Of a DNA stretch of 64,000 nt, positions 9,927 to 19,684 are shown in pieces. Source of the DNA: a virus (lineage: Duplodnaviria; Caudoviricetes); IMG/VR virus record IMGVR_UViG_3300001528_000425, positions 64,001 through 128,000 of that record; one strand, 5' to 3'. The position numbers were made by a program, and so were the translations under genes. The stretch's first letter is position 1. Every line of letters begins with the position of its first letter. The notes under the pieces are model-generated. The model worked only from the letters and a program-made list of their open reading frames with translations, had not been told where the DNA came from and searched no databases.

Positions 9927-11576
9927 TTATACAGTACCGTACCAGGCGCGAGAATCCGCGGTAATTCCGAGACCCGCTTTCCAATCAATCGCACGATCGT
10001 GAACGATCAGATCGATGGATACGTTCTTGTGAGTCTTGGCAATCGGAGATTTCTCTCCGAACAGCTGGATCACAAAGAACGAGAGATTGAACGGTTGTTT
10101 CTGCAGGATCGTGGGAACCAGCGAACCGTTCTCTTTGAGTTTGAACATGGAATACGCCGGAAGGTCGGTCTCAACCGTCACCTTCTGTTCGAGATAAACC
10201 GTGTATTCCGATTCGAAACGCTTGACGGCGTTATCGAACTCGAGTTTGGCATTCTGAGCACCTTCCGTTGAAGTTCCAGTCGAACTAAGTTCTCTCTTCT
10301 TCAGATAGAGCGCCGCGAGGTCTTGTGTCGGGACAAAACTTCCGTCCGCCTTTTCAATAAACCGGGGGAGCAGTTTACTGTAGAGCAGACATTCGACGAA
10401 CTCTTTCGGAGAGATAACCAGCTGATCCAGGGTACGGAAGGTGTGTTGAAACTGATCAACACATGCATCATTCAATGCCTGGTTGAAGTTAAACACGACT
10501 GAATGCAGCTTCTTGATGGTTTCATCCTGAGTGCTTTCATCTCCCAGTTTGATGATACCATTCAAGTTTTCCACCTGCAACGACAGCGCCAGATGTTCCT
10601 TATCAGTCAGTCTTCCGTACGAGATGTAACGGTTGAATCGCTGAGTCAGGAACCGATCGAACGCATCCGCTGGGCCTCGTTTCTCGTTTTCCAGAGCACT
10701 GAGAACCACAGGGAGACATCCGAGCTTGGAGTCTCGTTTGGTAACATCCTCCATATTCCGTCGAATCGTTCTCGAGATCTCCAAGAACTTCTCCTTGGCG
10801 ATCGGAACCACGATAGGCGACACGAACGAATAGGTGATGAACTTGTGATGACCGCGAAGACAGGCCGGAATCGACATTACAGCGGAACGAATCTCATCGA
10901 TGCAGGAATACCTGATATCCGTACAGGTGATGGCGATGCAGTTGACCAGTTCCTCACCAGCTTGATACAGCGTAGAGGAGACTTTGAACCGCCCGTTCGG
11001 ATCTTCCACGAAGATCCCGTCTTCGATCGGAGTCGGATCGACATAGGACGGAGGAGCCTGTTGTGCAGGGATTGCTCCATTACTGGCTACAACAGTGTTG
11101 TTGGCCACGGGAGCTTGCTGCTGAGCAACCTGCTGCTGTTGAGGAGCAATTTGCTGTCTCTGACCACCACCACCCCACGGGTCCATCGTCGACCAGTCAC
11201 ACTGCGCCAGCTGCTGGAATCCCATCGGCTGCTGTACGCCATAACCGGCCCCTGGAGCTCCGAACATTGTGTTCTGTCCATATCCGATCATCATCTGCTG
11301 TGGCCGCTGTTGCTGCATCATGGACATGGCGATGTTCCTTGCTTTCGGAAGGAAATGCTGTTGCATGTCATATGTGATGTCCTGAGTCGTGATAGCACGT
11401 CCCACATGTCGTCCGATCATGAATCGAATATAGTTGCCTTTCTCGTGCGTCCAGATCTGAGAGACGAGCTGTGCCTCGATCTCCGACATACCGTGATACT
11501 GTTTCGCATAGGTCAACAGATCAGGAAGCGCCCGATCTGCGGCTGCAAGACAGCTTTGCATTTCTTCTTGTGTCAT
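9927..11576 (-). CDS. Hypothetical protein with Q/P/G-rich low-complexity segment (in the position of phiKZ gp122)
   Basis: 549 aa; RBS AGGAG; downstream of the gp123-like gene. Confidence 0.7.
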   Translation of the reverse strand: MTQEEMQSCLAAADRALPDLLTYAKQYHGMSEIEAQLVSQIWTHEKGNYIRFMIGRHVGRAITTQDITYDMQQHFLPKARNIAMSMMQQQRPQQMMIGYGQNTMFGAPGAGYGVQQPMGFQQLAQCDWSTMDPWGGGGQRQQIAPQQQQVAQQQAPVANNTVVASNGAIPAQQAPPSYVDPTPIEDGIFVEDPNGRFKVSSTLYQAGEELVNCIAITCTDIRYSCIDEIRSAVMSIPACLRGHHKFITYSFVSPIVVPIAKEKFLEISRTIRRNMEDVTKRDSKLGCLPVVLSALENEKRGPADAFDRFLTQRFNRYISYGRLTDKEHLALSLQVENLNGIIKLGDESTQDETIKKLHSVVFNFNQALNDACVDQFQHTFRTLDQLVISPKEFVECLLYSKLLPRFIEKADGSFVPTQDLAALYLKKRELSSTGTSTEGAQNAKLEFDNAVKRFESEYTVYLEQKVTVETDLPAYSMFKLKENGSLVPTILQKQPFNLSFFVIQLFGEKSPIAKTHKNVSIDLIVHDRAIDWKAGLGITADSRAWYGTV

Positions 11577-11619
11577 TTACTTTCTCCTGTTAGTGTATGA
11601 TTGGTGGTGAATGATAGTG

Positions 11620-13209
11620 TTATCTGTAGACGTCTTCGATCTCATCCGCATAATCAGGTTTGATGATATTTCCATCTGTATCGATTTGTACAAATGGATT
11701 CATCGATCCTGTTACGATCGGAGATGAGGAGGGAATGTCCAATACAGACGATACTGACAAATGACTTGGATGCGCCTTGATCAAGTTCGCTGCCACTTTG
11801 GTAGATTTCTTACCGGAGCGTCTCGCTTCGGTTTCGATACTCTCCAGTGATAGGAACCGTTTCAGTCCGATCCCGAGCAACCAGTTGTCATTGTACAGAG
11901 TTGGATTCGGTCGAAGAACTGTTGTCTTACCGATCCACGTCGCCTGCTGACTGGCAGACCGAACGAACTTCGTTACTGCCTTAGGAGTCAGTTCCTCCTG
12001 CTTGCTGTTGATGATCCGATACTGACGAATTGCAATATCACGTACCACCCAACTCATGATCTGGTCCAGTGAACCAAGTTTCTTGTCATACAAGTTGGTC
12101 GGATCGTACGTGACGAGCAGATCGTCGATGTTGTAGAACACCCAATACAGCAGATCGTAGATATCGTTGACATGGATATTTACGTTGGCGAGTTGTTTCT
12201 TTGCTACGGAATCGAGCAATGGGTCTGTCATACGCAGATGTTTCTCCGCGTTATTGTACAGAAGCATGTTGGTTCTCGAATCCGCAGCACCGATATACTT
12301 GCCGAGCGTCACCTTGTAATAAGAAGGATCGGATGACATCACATCCGATATCTTGAACACGGAGTTCTCGGCATAGAGTTTCAAAAGAGACAGGATGACT
12401 CGCCGTTTGTGCATGTCTTTCATGGAGGACTTCAACACGCTGAGATACAAACCATTCTTGAGCATGAAATATTCACGTTCAATGACTTGCACTCCGCTCT
12501 TCTGGAGTCTCTGTTTTTCCTTCTCATCCGGTGAAGGTGGCACCACTCCTGTGATTTCCACTTCTCCAGGGGCGAAGTGATACTTCGCCATCGTGACAGG
12601 GAATCCGTACTTACACAGATGATAGAGGATCAACGGAATCCGTTCCGCTTTCTTACCACCTTTGGTGCCCATGTAGATCTTAGCCGTCACGACGATATCC
12701 CAGTAAGGATTACCAGATATCGCTCGTACCTTACATTTATCCGACTCTCGCCTACCGAATGGCATGGGAACTCGCATCACCTTGACGATAACAGTACCAG
12801 AATCTGTTCGATTGATACCACCTTTCTCCACAATCGGAAACTGCGGATAATAGTCCGTGTTGTTGTATACAACACGATCGTGGAACAGATACGGAACTGC
12901 GTGATGCATGTAATAAGGCATCCCATCGAATTCGAATTCATAACGAAGGATCTTAACTTCGCTGTGACGAATCGGGATGCCTCCTCTGAGGATCGGATTT
13001 GAAACGATGTATTCGATTCGTTCTTCAGGTGTCAGTGCACGATACCCGACATATCGCATCTGATTTCCGAAGAACTCCATGGACTGCTTGAGCACACTGT
13101 CCAGATACAACTCGATATCATCCAGTTTTTCCTTTCGGAAATCGTAGATCATATAGTCGTTGAATTTGGGTAGTTGCTCCTGTAGCTTGCCCATCAGTTC
13201 ATTCCACAT
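11620..13209 (-). CDS. Non-virion RNA polymerase beta subunit, N-terminal part (phiKZ gp123-like)
   Basis: 529 aa; YVGYRALTPEE, LILYHLCKYGF, NLYDKKL and C-terminal HPSHLSVSSVLDIPSSSP..GSMNPFV motifs. Confidence 0.8.
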   Translation of the reverse strand: MWNELMGKLQEQLPKFNDYMIYDFRKEKLDDIELYLDSVLKQSMEFFGNQMRYVGYRALTPEERIEYIVSNPILRGGIPIRHSEVKILRYEFEFDGMPYYMHHAVPYLFHDRVVYNNTDYYPQFPIVEKGGINRTDSGTVIVKVMRVPMPFGRRESDKCKVRAISGNPYWDIVVTAKIYMGTKGGKKAERIPLILYHLCKYGFPVTMAKYHFAPGEVEITGVVPPSPDEKEKQRLQKSGVQVIEREYFMLKNGLYLSVLKSSMKDMHKRRVILSLLKLYAENSVFKISDVMSSDPSYYKVTLGKYIGAADSRTNMLLYNNAEKHLRMTDPLLDSVAKKQLANVNIHVNDIYDLLYWVFYNIDDLLVTYDPTNLYDKKLGSLDQIMSWVVRDIAIRQYRIINSKQEELTPKAVTKFVRSASQQATWIGKTTVLRPNPTLYNDNWLLGIGLKRFLSLESIETEARRSGKKSTKVAANLIKAHPSHLSVSSVLDIPSSSPIVTGSMNPFVQIDTDGNIIKPDYADEIEDVYR

Positions 13210-13234
13210 AGTGTACTACTCCCCCGCTGCGGTA

Positions 13235-14407
13235 TCAAACCGCAGCTTTTACGGTTAACTTTTTCCCACTGAGGAATTTCGTTAAGACGAAGCTCAGGAT
13301 CGCAACTGCCGCTGTACCGATAATCTTAAGCCAGGTTCCTGTGGCTTTTGCTTTCTCGATACTTGCTGCAGCGCGTTCTTTCTCAACACGCGCATCTGCT
13401 TCTTGCAGGATCTTTCTGCTCTTATCGAATTCAATTTGAGCTTCATGGATCTGCTTCCAGGATTGAACCTGTGCTTCAGCAGCTTGTTTCGCTTGCATCT
13501 CTTCTTCCAACTTATTCTTCAGCTTCTTAACTTCAAGCGCATTCCTTTCTTTCTCCGCAGCCATCTCAGCTTTCGCTTGAGCAGAGGCTGCGTCGAGTCT
13601 CTGTTTCAAGTCGTCCACTTTGCGCTGGTGGAGTTCCATTGGAATGGCATTTACCCCATCTGTAAGTGCAGGTTCTCTGGTCCAATTGTCAGTGTCCACC
13701 GAGAGTTTATCGGAGAGTTCCTCTTTGGTTCTCGCCAGATAATACACGGCTCCATTTCGAAGCTGACACGGGACACCGGAATCCAATATAGAGAGATCAA
13801 GGTGGGATTCATTAATGATCTCACTCCCTTGTTTCACTACAATAAAGATTCCATCTTCCTGCCCAGAACAGTTCGTTACAGTCACCCTACAGAAAGCTCC
13901 ACCGATATACGCCCAGCATTCCCGCATTAAACCGGATCGGTCATTTGCAAATACTCGGACGGTAGGTACCAGTCTTGCATCCAACAAGTCATCCAATTCC
14001 GTGAAATCGGCAACTCGCTTGGCGTAGGTATATTCCGCAGAAGCTGGATGCTTTGCGGTGCTGGCATGGAACTTTGTGCAGAGAACCATATCGATCTCTT
14101 TGATAAAGACAGGACCATCTTTCAACAGTCGAACTGGAATCAAGATGGATTCACCGGGAACTTGTTTGTCTTGTTGTGACTTGAGATCATATCGTTCATC
14201 ACCGTTCGCTTCACGACGAATGATCTCGATTTTGGCCGAGTAACTCGGCGCTGATCCGATAGAACGAATTTCCGTTCTGTTGTTGAACCGATCAATCGCG
14301 AAGATCGCATCACAACAATCCGTTGTGATAATCATTTCCTTGTAGAGTCCAACCTGATAATAATCAATTGGACCCATCTTAAAACTGGTGCGCTTAATCT
14401 CGTCCAT
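13235..14407 (-). CDS. Hypothetical protein with C-terminal coiled coil and membrane anchor
   Basis: 390 aa; E/K/A-rich heptads at about residues 258-350, then hydrophobic WLKIIGTAAVAILSFVLTKFL; early promoter upstream. Confidence 0.75.
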   Translation of the reverse strand: MDEIKRTSFKMGPIDYYQVGLYKEMIITTDCCDAIFAIDRFNNRTEIRSIGSAPSYSAKIEIIRREANGDERYDLKSQQDKQVPGESILIPVRLLKDGPVFIKEIDMVLCTKFHASTAKHPASAEYTYAKRVADFTELDDLLDARLVPTVRVFANDRSGLMRECWAYIGGAFCRVTVTNCSGQEDGIFIVVKQGSEIINESHLDLSILDSGVPCQLRNGAVYYLARTKEELSDKLSVDTDNWTREPALTDGVNAIPMELHQRKVDDLKQRLDAASAQAKAEMAAEKERNALEVKKLKNKLEEEMQAKQAAEAQVQSWKQIHEAQIEFDKSRKILQEADARVEKERAAASIEKAKATGTWLKIIGTAAVAILSFVLTKFLSGKKLTVKAAV

Positions 14408-14446
14408 TTAAATTTCTCCTACGTATAGTTTTGTTCTTTCAAGTAA

Positions 14447-14454
14447 GTAATATA
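14447..14454 (-). promoter_or_regulatory. Early promoter TATATTAC driving the nvRNAP gp123-like operon
   Basis: Minus strand TTCAGGAA-TATATTAC. Confidence 0.8.
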
Positions 14455-14526
14455 TTCCTGAAATCATCATCACCATTCGCAAGGCAAATTAATACATATA
14501 GTAGGGGATGAAAATAATAAAATACA

Positions 14527-14558
14527 CACCAGTCTGGAGGTCATCCTCCAGACTGGTG
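14527..14558 (-). terminator. Intrinsic terminator
   Basis: CACCAGTCTGGAGG/CCTCCAGACTGGTG stem with a T-rich tail on the minus strand. Confidence 0.8.
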
Positions 14559-14569
14559 ATATGTGTGGA

Positions 14570-15880
14570 TTACAAGAATTTACTTGCTTCTGTTTTTCCA
14601 AGCTGAGACTCCAGCATCTTCCTGGTGAGGTCGTTCATATTGGCAGAATCAGCAGCAGCTTTACCTATCTTACTCAACTTCATGCTGAGTGCACTGGCTT
14701 GTTTCAGTCCATCCTGAATCTTGTTCATACTCTGACCCGCGATACCGCCGGCATTCTTTACTACGGAAGCCAGATCTCCAGTGGACAGACCATTGAAATT
14801 GACCGACTTCTTAAGATCGATAGCCGATTTCATTGTAGCGTATCCGAGAAAGTTGTCAGGAACTGAAGCCTGGATCAACTGCTTCCCATCAATACCGATC
14901 GATTTAGTGATCTTATCAAGACTTGCCACAGTACTGCTATTCGATACCAAACTGCTAGTCAGAGTATCGAACTGTCCCTTTGCAAGTCCTTTCATATCAC
15001 CATTGATGGCAGCATCGGTCAGCTGATTGAATAATGCCGCATTGCCGGATTGGGCAGTTTGTACCATAGTGGTAAGGTTACCTTCTACTGTGGAGATAAC
15101 TCCCATACCACCAAGCAGGAAATCCATTGGACTATCCGCATTCGCCAACCCCTGCATCGCCATCTCTCGCTTCTTACCCGGGCAATCGATGATCATGTCA
15201 GCTGCGGTTCCATTCCCACTATTTAGCGCATCACCGAGATGGTCATTCATGGAATCATTACCGAACAGTTTCTTGATAAGACCATCCGGAGACAGCTTCA
15301 TCCTTGAGAAGTTGCAGGCTGTGCATTCAAAGTAGGGTTTGGATTTACAGATCTCGTAAATACCATCGGCTACTTCGTTTTGATTTTTTATCAGATCTGT
15401 CCACCTCAGACTGGAGACGCGGTCGATAGCAGATGTGGCAAATCTCTTTGCCGCTTCCGATGCATCAAGAGCCAAATGCCTGGCAGCGGAGTGGTTCCAG
15501 TCGTCTTGCAGACGTTCCATCCAATCCATGTCGTAACGTTCAAGCTCACGGATCTCATCCATGAGATCTCCGTTCTTGGGATCAAACGGACCTGCTCCAG
15601 CATTTGCTCGAAGTTCTTTCTTCAACTCCTGGATTCGAGCTTTTCTTTCCTCCAGGGTATCAGGAATCTTACTGACAGTCTCAGCTGCCTTGGATTCGAT
15701 GGATTTCAACTGTTCCTTACTCATGGTAGTAACAGTTGTGAAGGTACCTTTCTCTACTTGATTCCCTCCGCTGGGTGCGGATTTGGGAACAAGCTTAGCT
15801 CCATACGTCACTTGATTTGGAGTATTGGAGTTTAAGGTACCGGTCATGCCGCCAGTCATGGCAGCGAAATCGATAGGCAT
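14570..15880 (-). CDS. Hypothetical (probably virion) protein, G/A/S/M-rich
   Basis: Start set at MPIDFAAM (ATG 15880, RBS AAGGAGG); CTAC motif; co-transcribed with the vRNAP subunit. Confidence 0.65.
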   Translation of the reverse strand: MPIDFAAMTGGMTGTLNSNTPNQVTYGAKLVPKSAPSGGNQVEKGTFTTVTTMSKEQLKSIESKAAETVSKIPDTLEERKARIQELKKELRANAGAGPFDPKNGDLMDEIRELERYDMDWMERLQDDWNHSAARHLALDASEAAKRFATSAIDRVSSLRWTDLIKNQNEVADGIYEICKSKPYFECTACNFSRMKLSPDGLIKKLFGNDSMNDHLGDALNSGNGTAADMIIDCPGKKREMAMQGLANADSPMDFLLGGMGVISTVEGNLTTMVQTAQSGNAALFNQLTDAAINGDMKGLAKGQFDTLTSSLVSNSSTVASLDKITKSIGIDGKQLIQASVPDNFLGYATMKSAIDLKKSVNFNGLSTGDLASVVKNAGGIAGQSMNKIQDGLKQASALSMKLSKIGKAAADSANMNDLTRKMLESQLGKTEASKFL

Positions 15881-15890
15881 GGTACCCTCC

Positions 15891-17588
15891 TTAGATGTTG
15901 TTTTCAAGCAAGACGGATCGGAACAGTACTCCGGCGATCACGGAAGCTCTGCTTCTGGTGGAAGGATCGAGTTGATCGATAGCTACCTCTCCAGTCTCTT
16001 CCAACTGTCTCTTGAAATCCCCATAAGCGTTCAAGTCTCCACCACGTACCCGAACGAACTCTTCCAGCACTTTGGATAATCCTCGAGTATGAAGCGCACG
16101 CATCTCAACCGTAGAAATAGAACAAGCTTTGTCTGGACCAGTGACCTGTCCGGTCAACGCATCGATGTGCACGTCACTCTGAGGTACACTGAGTTTCTTG
16201 TCAACTTCCTGTTGAGCACGTCTGATCGGTATCTGCAGAACCATGTATTTCTCGTTAGTCAGGAACTTCCGTCCAGACACGGGATCTGGCAACCAGAGTT
16301 GATGCATGATCTTGTAGTCGGCTATCTTGGCCGCCTGGAAGATGTCATTCATCTTGAATGTCTTGACCATATTTGGCATAACAATATTCAGCTGGTATTT
16401 CTGTTCTTTCAGTAGATTCATGAACCTCGTGAACTCTTGGATAGACATGGGTTCGAGCATATCTCTGTAGCGCTTGCCGTTGTCTCCAGTTGGATCAAGT
16501 GTATCCATGATCTGAACGATCTTGTTGATGATCTTGGATTTCTTGAGTTCGGCTTTTTGAACCTGCATGGCTTCCATAGCGGGTTCAGCTTCATCGACTC
16601 GTACCGACAAAGCCTCCATTCCAGGAGCGACATCCTCTGGAAGATCATTTGTATCAAGAGCCTGCCGACTTTCCATGGAAGGATGTACAGACATAAACGA
16701 TTCGATCTTAGTCAAGAGACCTTGATACTTCGTCTTGTCCTTATTCATGTTCCAGCGACACCAGGAAGCCAGAGCTTCAAGTGATTCGACATGGAACGGA
16801 CAATTCTCAGTGATTGTCACTTCGGTGTGGTCGCACTTATCCATGAAATCAGATACCTGATCATTCCACAGAACCATGCAGAATCCTTCAGGTAAAATAG
16901 CTGCGTGTGTTCCAGGATAAAGCTGAGCATTTGGTACGGCACCGAACTCGATCACCTTATTCCAGAACAGATCTTCTCCTTTGATCAGGACATCCGCTCG
17001 ATAGACGACTGGAACGATGTTGTAGAACATCAGGGATGTTTCACCATGGAGAATGATCTTATCCCAATCTTCTCGATCGAAGTTCAATTCACACCATTCC
17101 GTCAATCGATCGTGATTGATGATACCTTTGTAAGTACCGAGAGAATTACGACAGTCAAACGGTAATTCCCTACAAATCTTTGGGAACCCGAGATCCGTCC
17201 CCCAATGATCGTAGTAGTACACATCCATCTTGATCATGTTAGGATGAGCCGGTACCGGCTCAGGACGATCTTTCCATATTCCCCATATCTTTCCGATATA
17301 AGGTGAAATGTTCATTTGCCGTGCGTGAATTCCCCAGAATCCGGCACGACACAAATAATGCGTGTACTTGTTGATATGTTCGGGTTGCGAGCAATACTCC
17401 ATCATGGCTTCCATCGTAAGGAAGCCGTATCGTTCTTCAGATGAAGCTGGATCGTACTTGACCGTACGAGTAGCCACTTCTCCAGGTGTAATGGGGATGA
17501 ACAATGGAATTCGACCCCCTGTCGCATCTGGATTCTCTTGCACGGAAACCTGAAAGCTTTCCAGCGCAATATCTTCTATATTAAACAT
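15891..17588 (-). CDS. Virion RNA polymerase beta subunit C-terminal part (phiKZ gp149-like) with long N-terminal extension
   Basis: The C-terminal ~220 aa contain PIRRAQQEVDKKLSVP, IDALTGQVTGPDKACSIS and RVRGGDLNAY..LENNI; the first ~340 aa are extra. Confidence 0.85.
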   Translation of the reverse strand: MFNIEDIALESFQVSVQENPDATGGRIPLFIPITPGEVATRTVKYDPASSEERYGFLTMEAMMEYCSQPEHINKYTHYLCRAGFWGIHARQMNISPYIGKIWGIWKDRPEPVPAHPNMIKMDVYYYDHWGTDLGFPKICRELPFDCRNSLGTYKGIINHDRLTEWCELNFDREDWDKIILHGETSLMFYNIVPVVYRADVLIKGEDLFWNKVIEFGAVPNAQLYPGTHAAILPEGFCMVLWNDQVSDFMDKCDHTEVTITENCPFHVESLEALASWCRWNMNKDKTKYQGLLTKIESFMSVHPSMESRQALDTNDLPEDVAPGMEALSVRVDEAEPAMEAMQVQKAELKKSKIINKIVQIMDTLDPTGDNGKRYRDMLEPMSIQEFTRFMNLLKEQKYQLNIVMPNMVKTFKMNDIFQAAKIADYKIMHQLWLPDPVSGRKFLTNEKYMVLQIPIRRAQQEVDKKLSVPQSDVHIDALTGQVTGPDKACSISTVEMRALHTRGLSKVLEEFVRVRGGDLNAYGDFKRQLEETGEVAIDQLDPSTRSRASVIAGVLFRSVLLENNI

Positions 17589-17608
17589 AGTTGTTAACTC
17601 CTTAAATT

Positions 17609-17618
17609 GTATAAGATG
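17609..17618 (-). promoter_or_regulatory. Candidate late promoter CATnnTATR
   Basis: Minus strand CATCTTATAC about 20 nt upstream of the vRNAP gene; the motif recurs upstream of other late genes. Confidence 0.45.
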
Positions 17619-17633
17619 GAGCCTATGTCAAAT

Positions 17634-18131
17634 TCAATCTACGAACTCACATACGGAGATTCCGGTATCATTCACCCATTTCCGATATTCATCCATCGAG
17701 CATCCTGCTTTTGGTGATCCGTTTAATTTCAGGATCTCAATCAACAGAGATTTGTCATTATGAATCATTTCGATGTACGACATCAATGAATCGTATATCT
17801 CTTCATATGATCCGTAAGGTCCGAGTAATCCCTGGAGTGGAGCATTCCCACAAGAATAAATGAACAACTCACCTTCCTGTTGAGCAATCAGTACAGTCAG
17901 GAGAGGTTGTACTTTAAAGTTGCCATTTAAGACACGAACCGCATATTCGGTGCACTCATAGTTGAGCATACGCAGAGCGATCTTTGCATAGGCCGTCTTC
18001 TCCCAGACGATTGCTTTCCTGGATTCTTCAAGTTGATTTGGTAATTGGAACTTGAACGAATCACCCTCCCAACCATTCGGAATGGATTGCAGATATCCTG
18101 TCAATTGATTCACGGATGCAAAGTCTTTCAT
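17634..18131 (-). CDS. Hypothetical protein
   Basis: 165 aa ORF with RBS GGAG. Confidence 0.7.
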   Translation of the reverse strand: MKDFASVNQLTGYLQSIPNGWEGDSFKFQLPNQLEESRKAIVWEKTAYAKIALRMLNYECTEYAVRVLNGNFKVQPLLTVLIAQQEGELFIYSCGNAPLQGLLGPYGSYEEIYDSLMSYIEMIHNDKSLLIEILKLNGSPKAGCSMDEYRKWVNDTGISVCEFVD

Positions 18132-18278
18132 AACATCTCCAGGTGTGTTTAAAGAGGTTGTGACCGGTTACGTTGCTATCCACAGAATAGGTGGTGTTTC
18201 AGAATAAATGCAAGCGTATACGGCCATTAAATCAGGCTAAATAGAGATAATAAAGAATCTCTATATAATCGTCTCTAA

Positions 18279-18332
18279 ACAAAAAATAAAGAGAAAGGTA
18301 GGATAGAGAGCGATCATTCGCTCTCTATCCTA
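18279..18332 (-). terminator. Intrinsic terminator with TTTATTTTTTGT tail
   Basis: TAGGATAGAGAGCGA/TCGCTCTCTATCCTA stem. Confidence 0.85.
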
Positions 18333-18338
18333 GTCGAT

Positions 18339-18635
18339 TCAATCATCGTCTTCTTCATCGTCCATCTCATCCGGAAGATCTTCATCTTCTTCAGATGGAT
18401 CGTCCTCAACTTCATCATCATCTTCGATCGAACCACACAGGTTCGCTTCAGCGATTCCGCGGGGAGTGAGTAAATTCACGGCAGGGCCGTTGATCCCATC
18501 ATCGGGTTCGCTGTCGTCGTCTACTCCCAAGAACAGACAATCAGGACAGATGTCCGTATGCCGGTCTTCCGGATCAGGGTATTCGACTTCGGGTTCGAAG
18601 TACTCCTGACATTTGTTACAGATAGCCATTGTCAT
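18339..18635 (-). CDS. Small CxxC...CxxC zinc-ribbon protein with highly acidic tail
   Basis: CNKC and CPDC motifs; D/E-rich C-terminus; RBS AAGGAG. Confidence 0.75.
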   Translation of the reverse strand: MTMAICNKCQEYFEPEVEYPDPEDRHTDICPDCLFLGVDDDSEPDDGINGPAVNLLTPRGIAEANLCGSIEDDDEVEDDPSEEDEDLPDEMDDEEDDD

Positions 18636-18700
18636 AGCTCCTTATATAAGTTGTTGTTTAACCTAAGTGTAGTATGGTGAGGGAGAAATTAAAAGTTACA

Positions 18701-18732
18701 CAGAAGGTAACGCTCTCTGGCGTTACCTTCTG
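18701..18732 (-). terminator. Hairpin / probable terminator
   Basis: CAGAAGGTAACGC/GCGTTACCTTCTG. Confidence 0.6.
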
Positions 18733-18737
18733 GATTG

Positions 18738-18995
18738 TCATTTGGGAGATAATGGTGCAAGAAATGGCACATGAGTTGTTTTCGGGGCACAGTAATGCTT
18801 ATATCCACAACAACGACAGTATCTCCATTTTGGCCCACTGTCGTGATCACAATCCAAATGATTGATGATAAATACGGTGTATAACACCAGAATGATAAAC
18901 ATTAGAATAGCCGCGAAGAACCAATCTGCCACTCTCGTAGGAATTCGCGTACACGCGATCCTCCAAATTATCTTCCAAATATGTTTGATGTCCAT
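18738..18995 (-). CDS. Small membrane protein with Cys/His-rich C-terminus
   Basis: One TM helix (FFAAILMFIILVLYTVFII), then CDH...CRCCG..C; RBS AAGGAGG. Confidence 0.7.
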   Translation of the reverse strand: MDIKHIWKIIWRIACTRIPTRVADWFFAAILMFIILVLYTVFIINHLDCDHDSGPKWRYCRCCGYKHYCAPKTTHVPFLAPLSPK

Positions 18996-19081
18996 GACAT
19001 GCCTCCTTATATACTTGAGAATTTCATTCTCTTACATATCATGGCGCGATTATAAGCTTATTTCTGAGCTTATCGTGGACA

Positions 19082-19627
19082 TCAAAACGAATCGATCGAT
19101 ACAACAACATCGCTGTTAGCAGGGACATTCACATCTCCATACAATTCGCATTCATGAAGAGGAACGCCAGCTTCTTCAAAAAGATCAACCGCCTTCTTAA
19201 GCAAGTTCCTCCAATCATTCTCTCCAACGTTAACTGGAGGTTTCTTACCGATCGGTTCCCTCAAATAGTAAACTTCAGATACACCAGCTTGGATCAGTGC
19301 TTTAGCACATTCCAAACATGGTTGGAGAGACACAAAGGCAATTGCGTCTTGTATCCTGACTCCCGATGCAGCCGCTGAAGCGATCGCGTTCATTTCGGCA
19401 TGAGCCGTAAAGAAGAGTTTCTCTTTACGTTCGTATCTATGCGGTACTATATTGGGATCATCTTCGATCCTTCTGGGAAATCCATTGAATCCTGTGCTGA
19501 GTACTCGATGACTGTCTCTTGACACCAGCACGCATCCGACTTTGGTTGTATCTTTGCTCTTGGACGCCGCCAACTTAGCCATGCGAAGGAAGTAGACGAT
19601 CCATTGTTGATTCGATTTAATGTTCAT
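19082..19627 (-). CDS. dCMP deaminase (cytidine/deoxycytidylate deaminase family)
   Basis: KVGCVLV, STGFNGFP, HAEMNA and PCLECAKALIQAG zinc motifs. Confidence 0.92.
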   Translation of the reverse strand: MNIKSNQQWIVYFLRMAKLAASKSKDTTKVGCVLVSRDSHRVLSTGFNGFPRRIEDDPNIVPHRYERKEKLFFTAHAEMNAIASAAASGVRIQDAIAFVSLQPCLECAKALIQAGVSEVYYLREPIGKKPPVNVGENDWRNLLKKAVDLFEEAGVPLHECELYGDVNVPANSDVVVSIDSF

Positions 19628-19663
19628 GATAATTCCCTCCTTTATATTTAGTGGTTCGTAGTT

Positions 19664-19671
19664 GTAATATA
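19664..19671 (-). promoter_or_regulatory. Early promoter TATATTAC upstream of dCMP deaminase
   Basis: Exact motif 36 nt upstream of the ATG. Confidence 0.75.
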
Positions 19672-19684
19672 TACTTCGAATACA

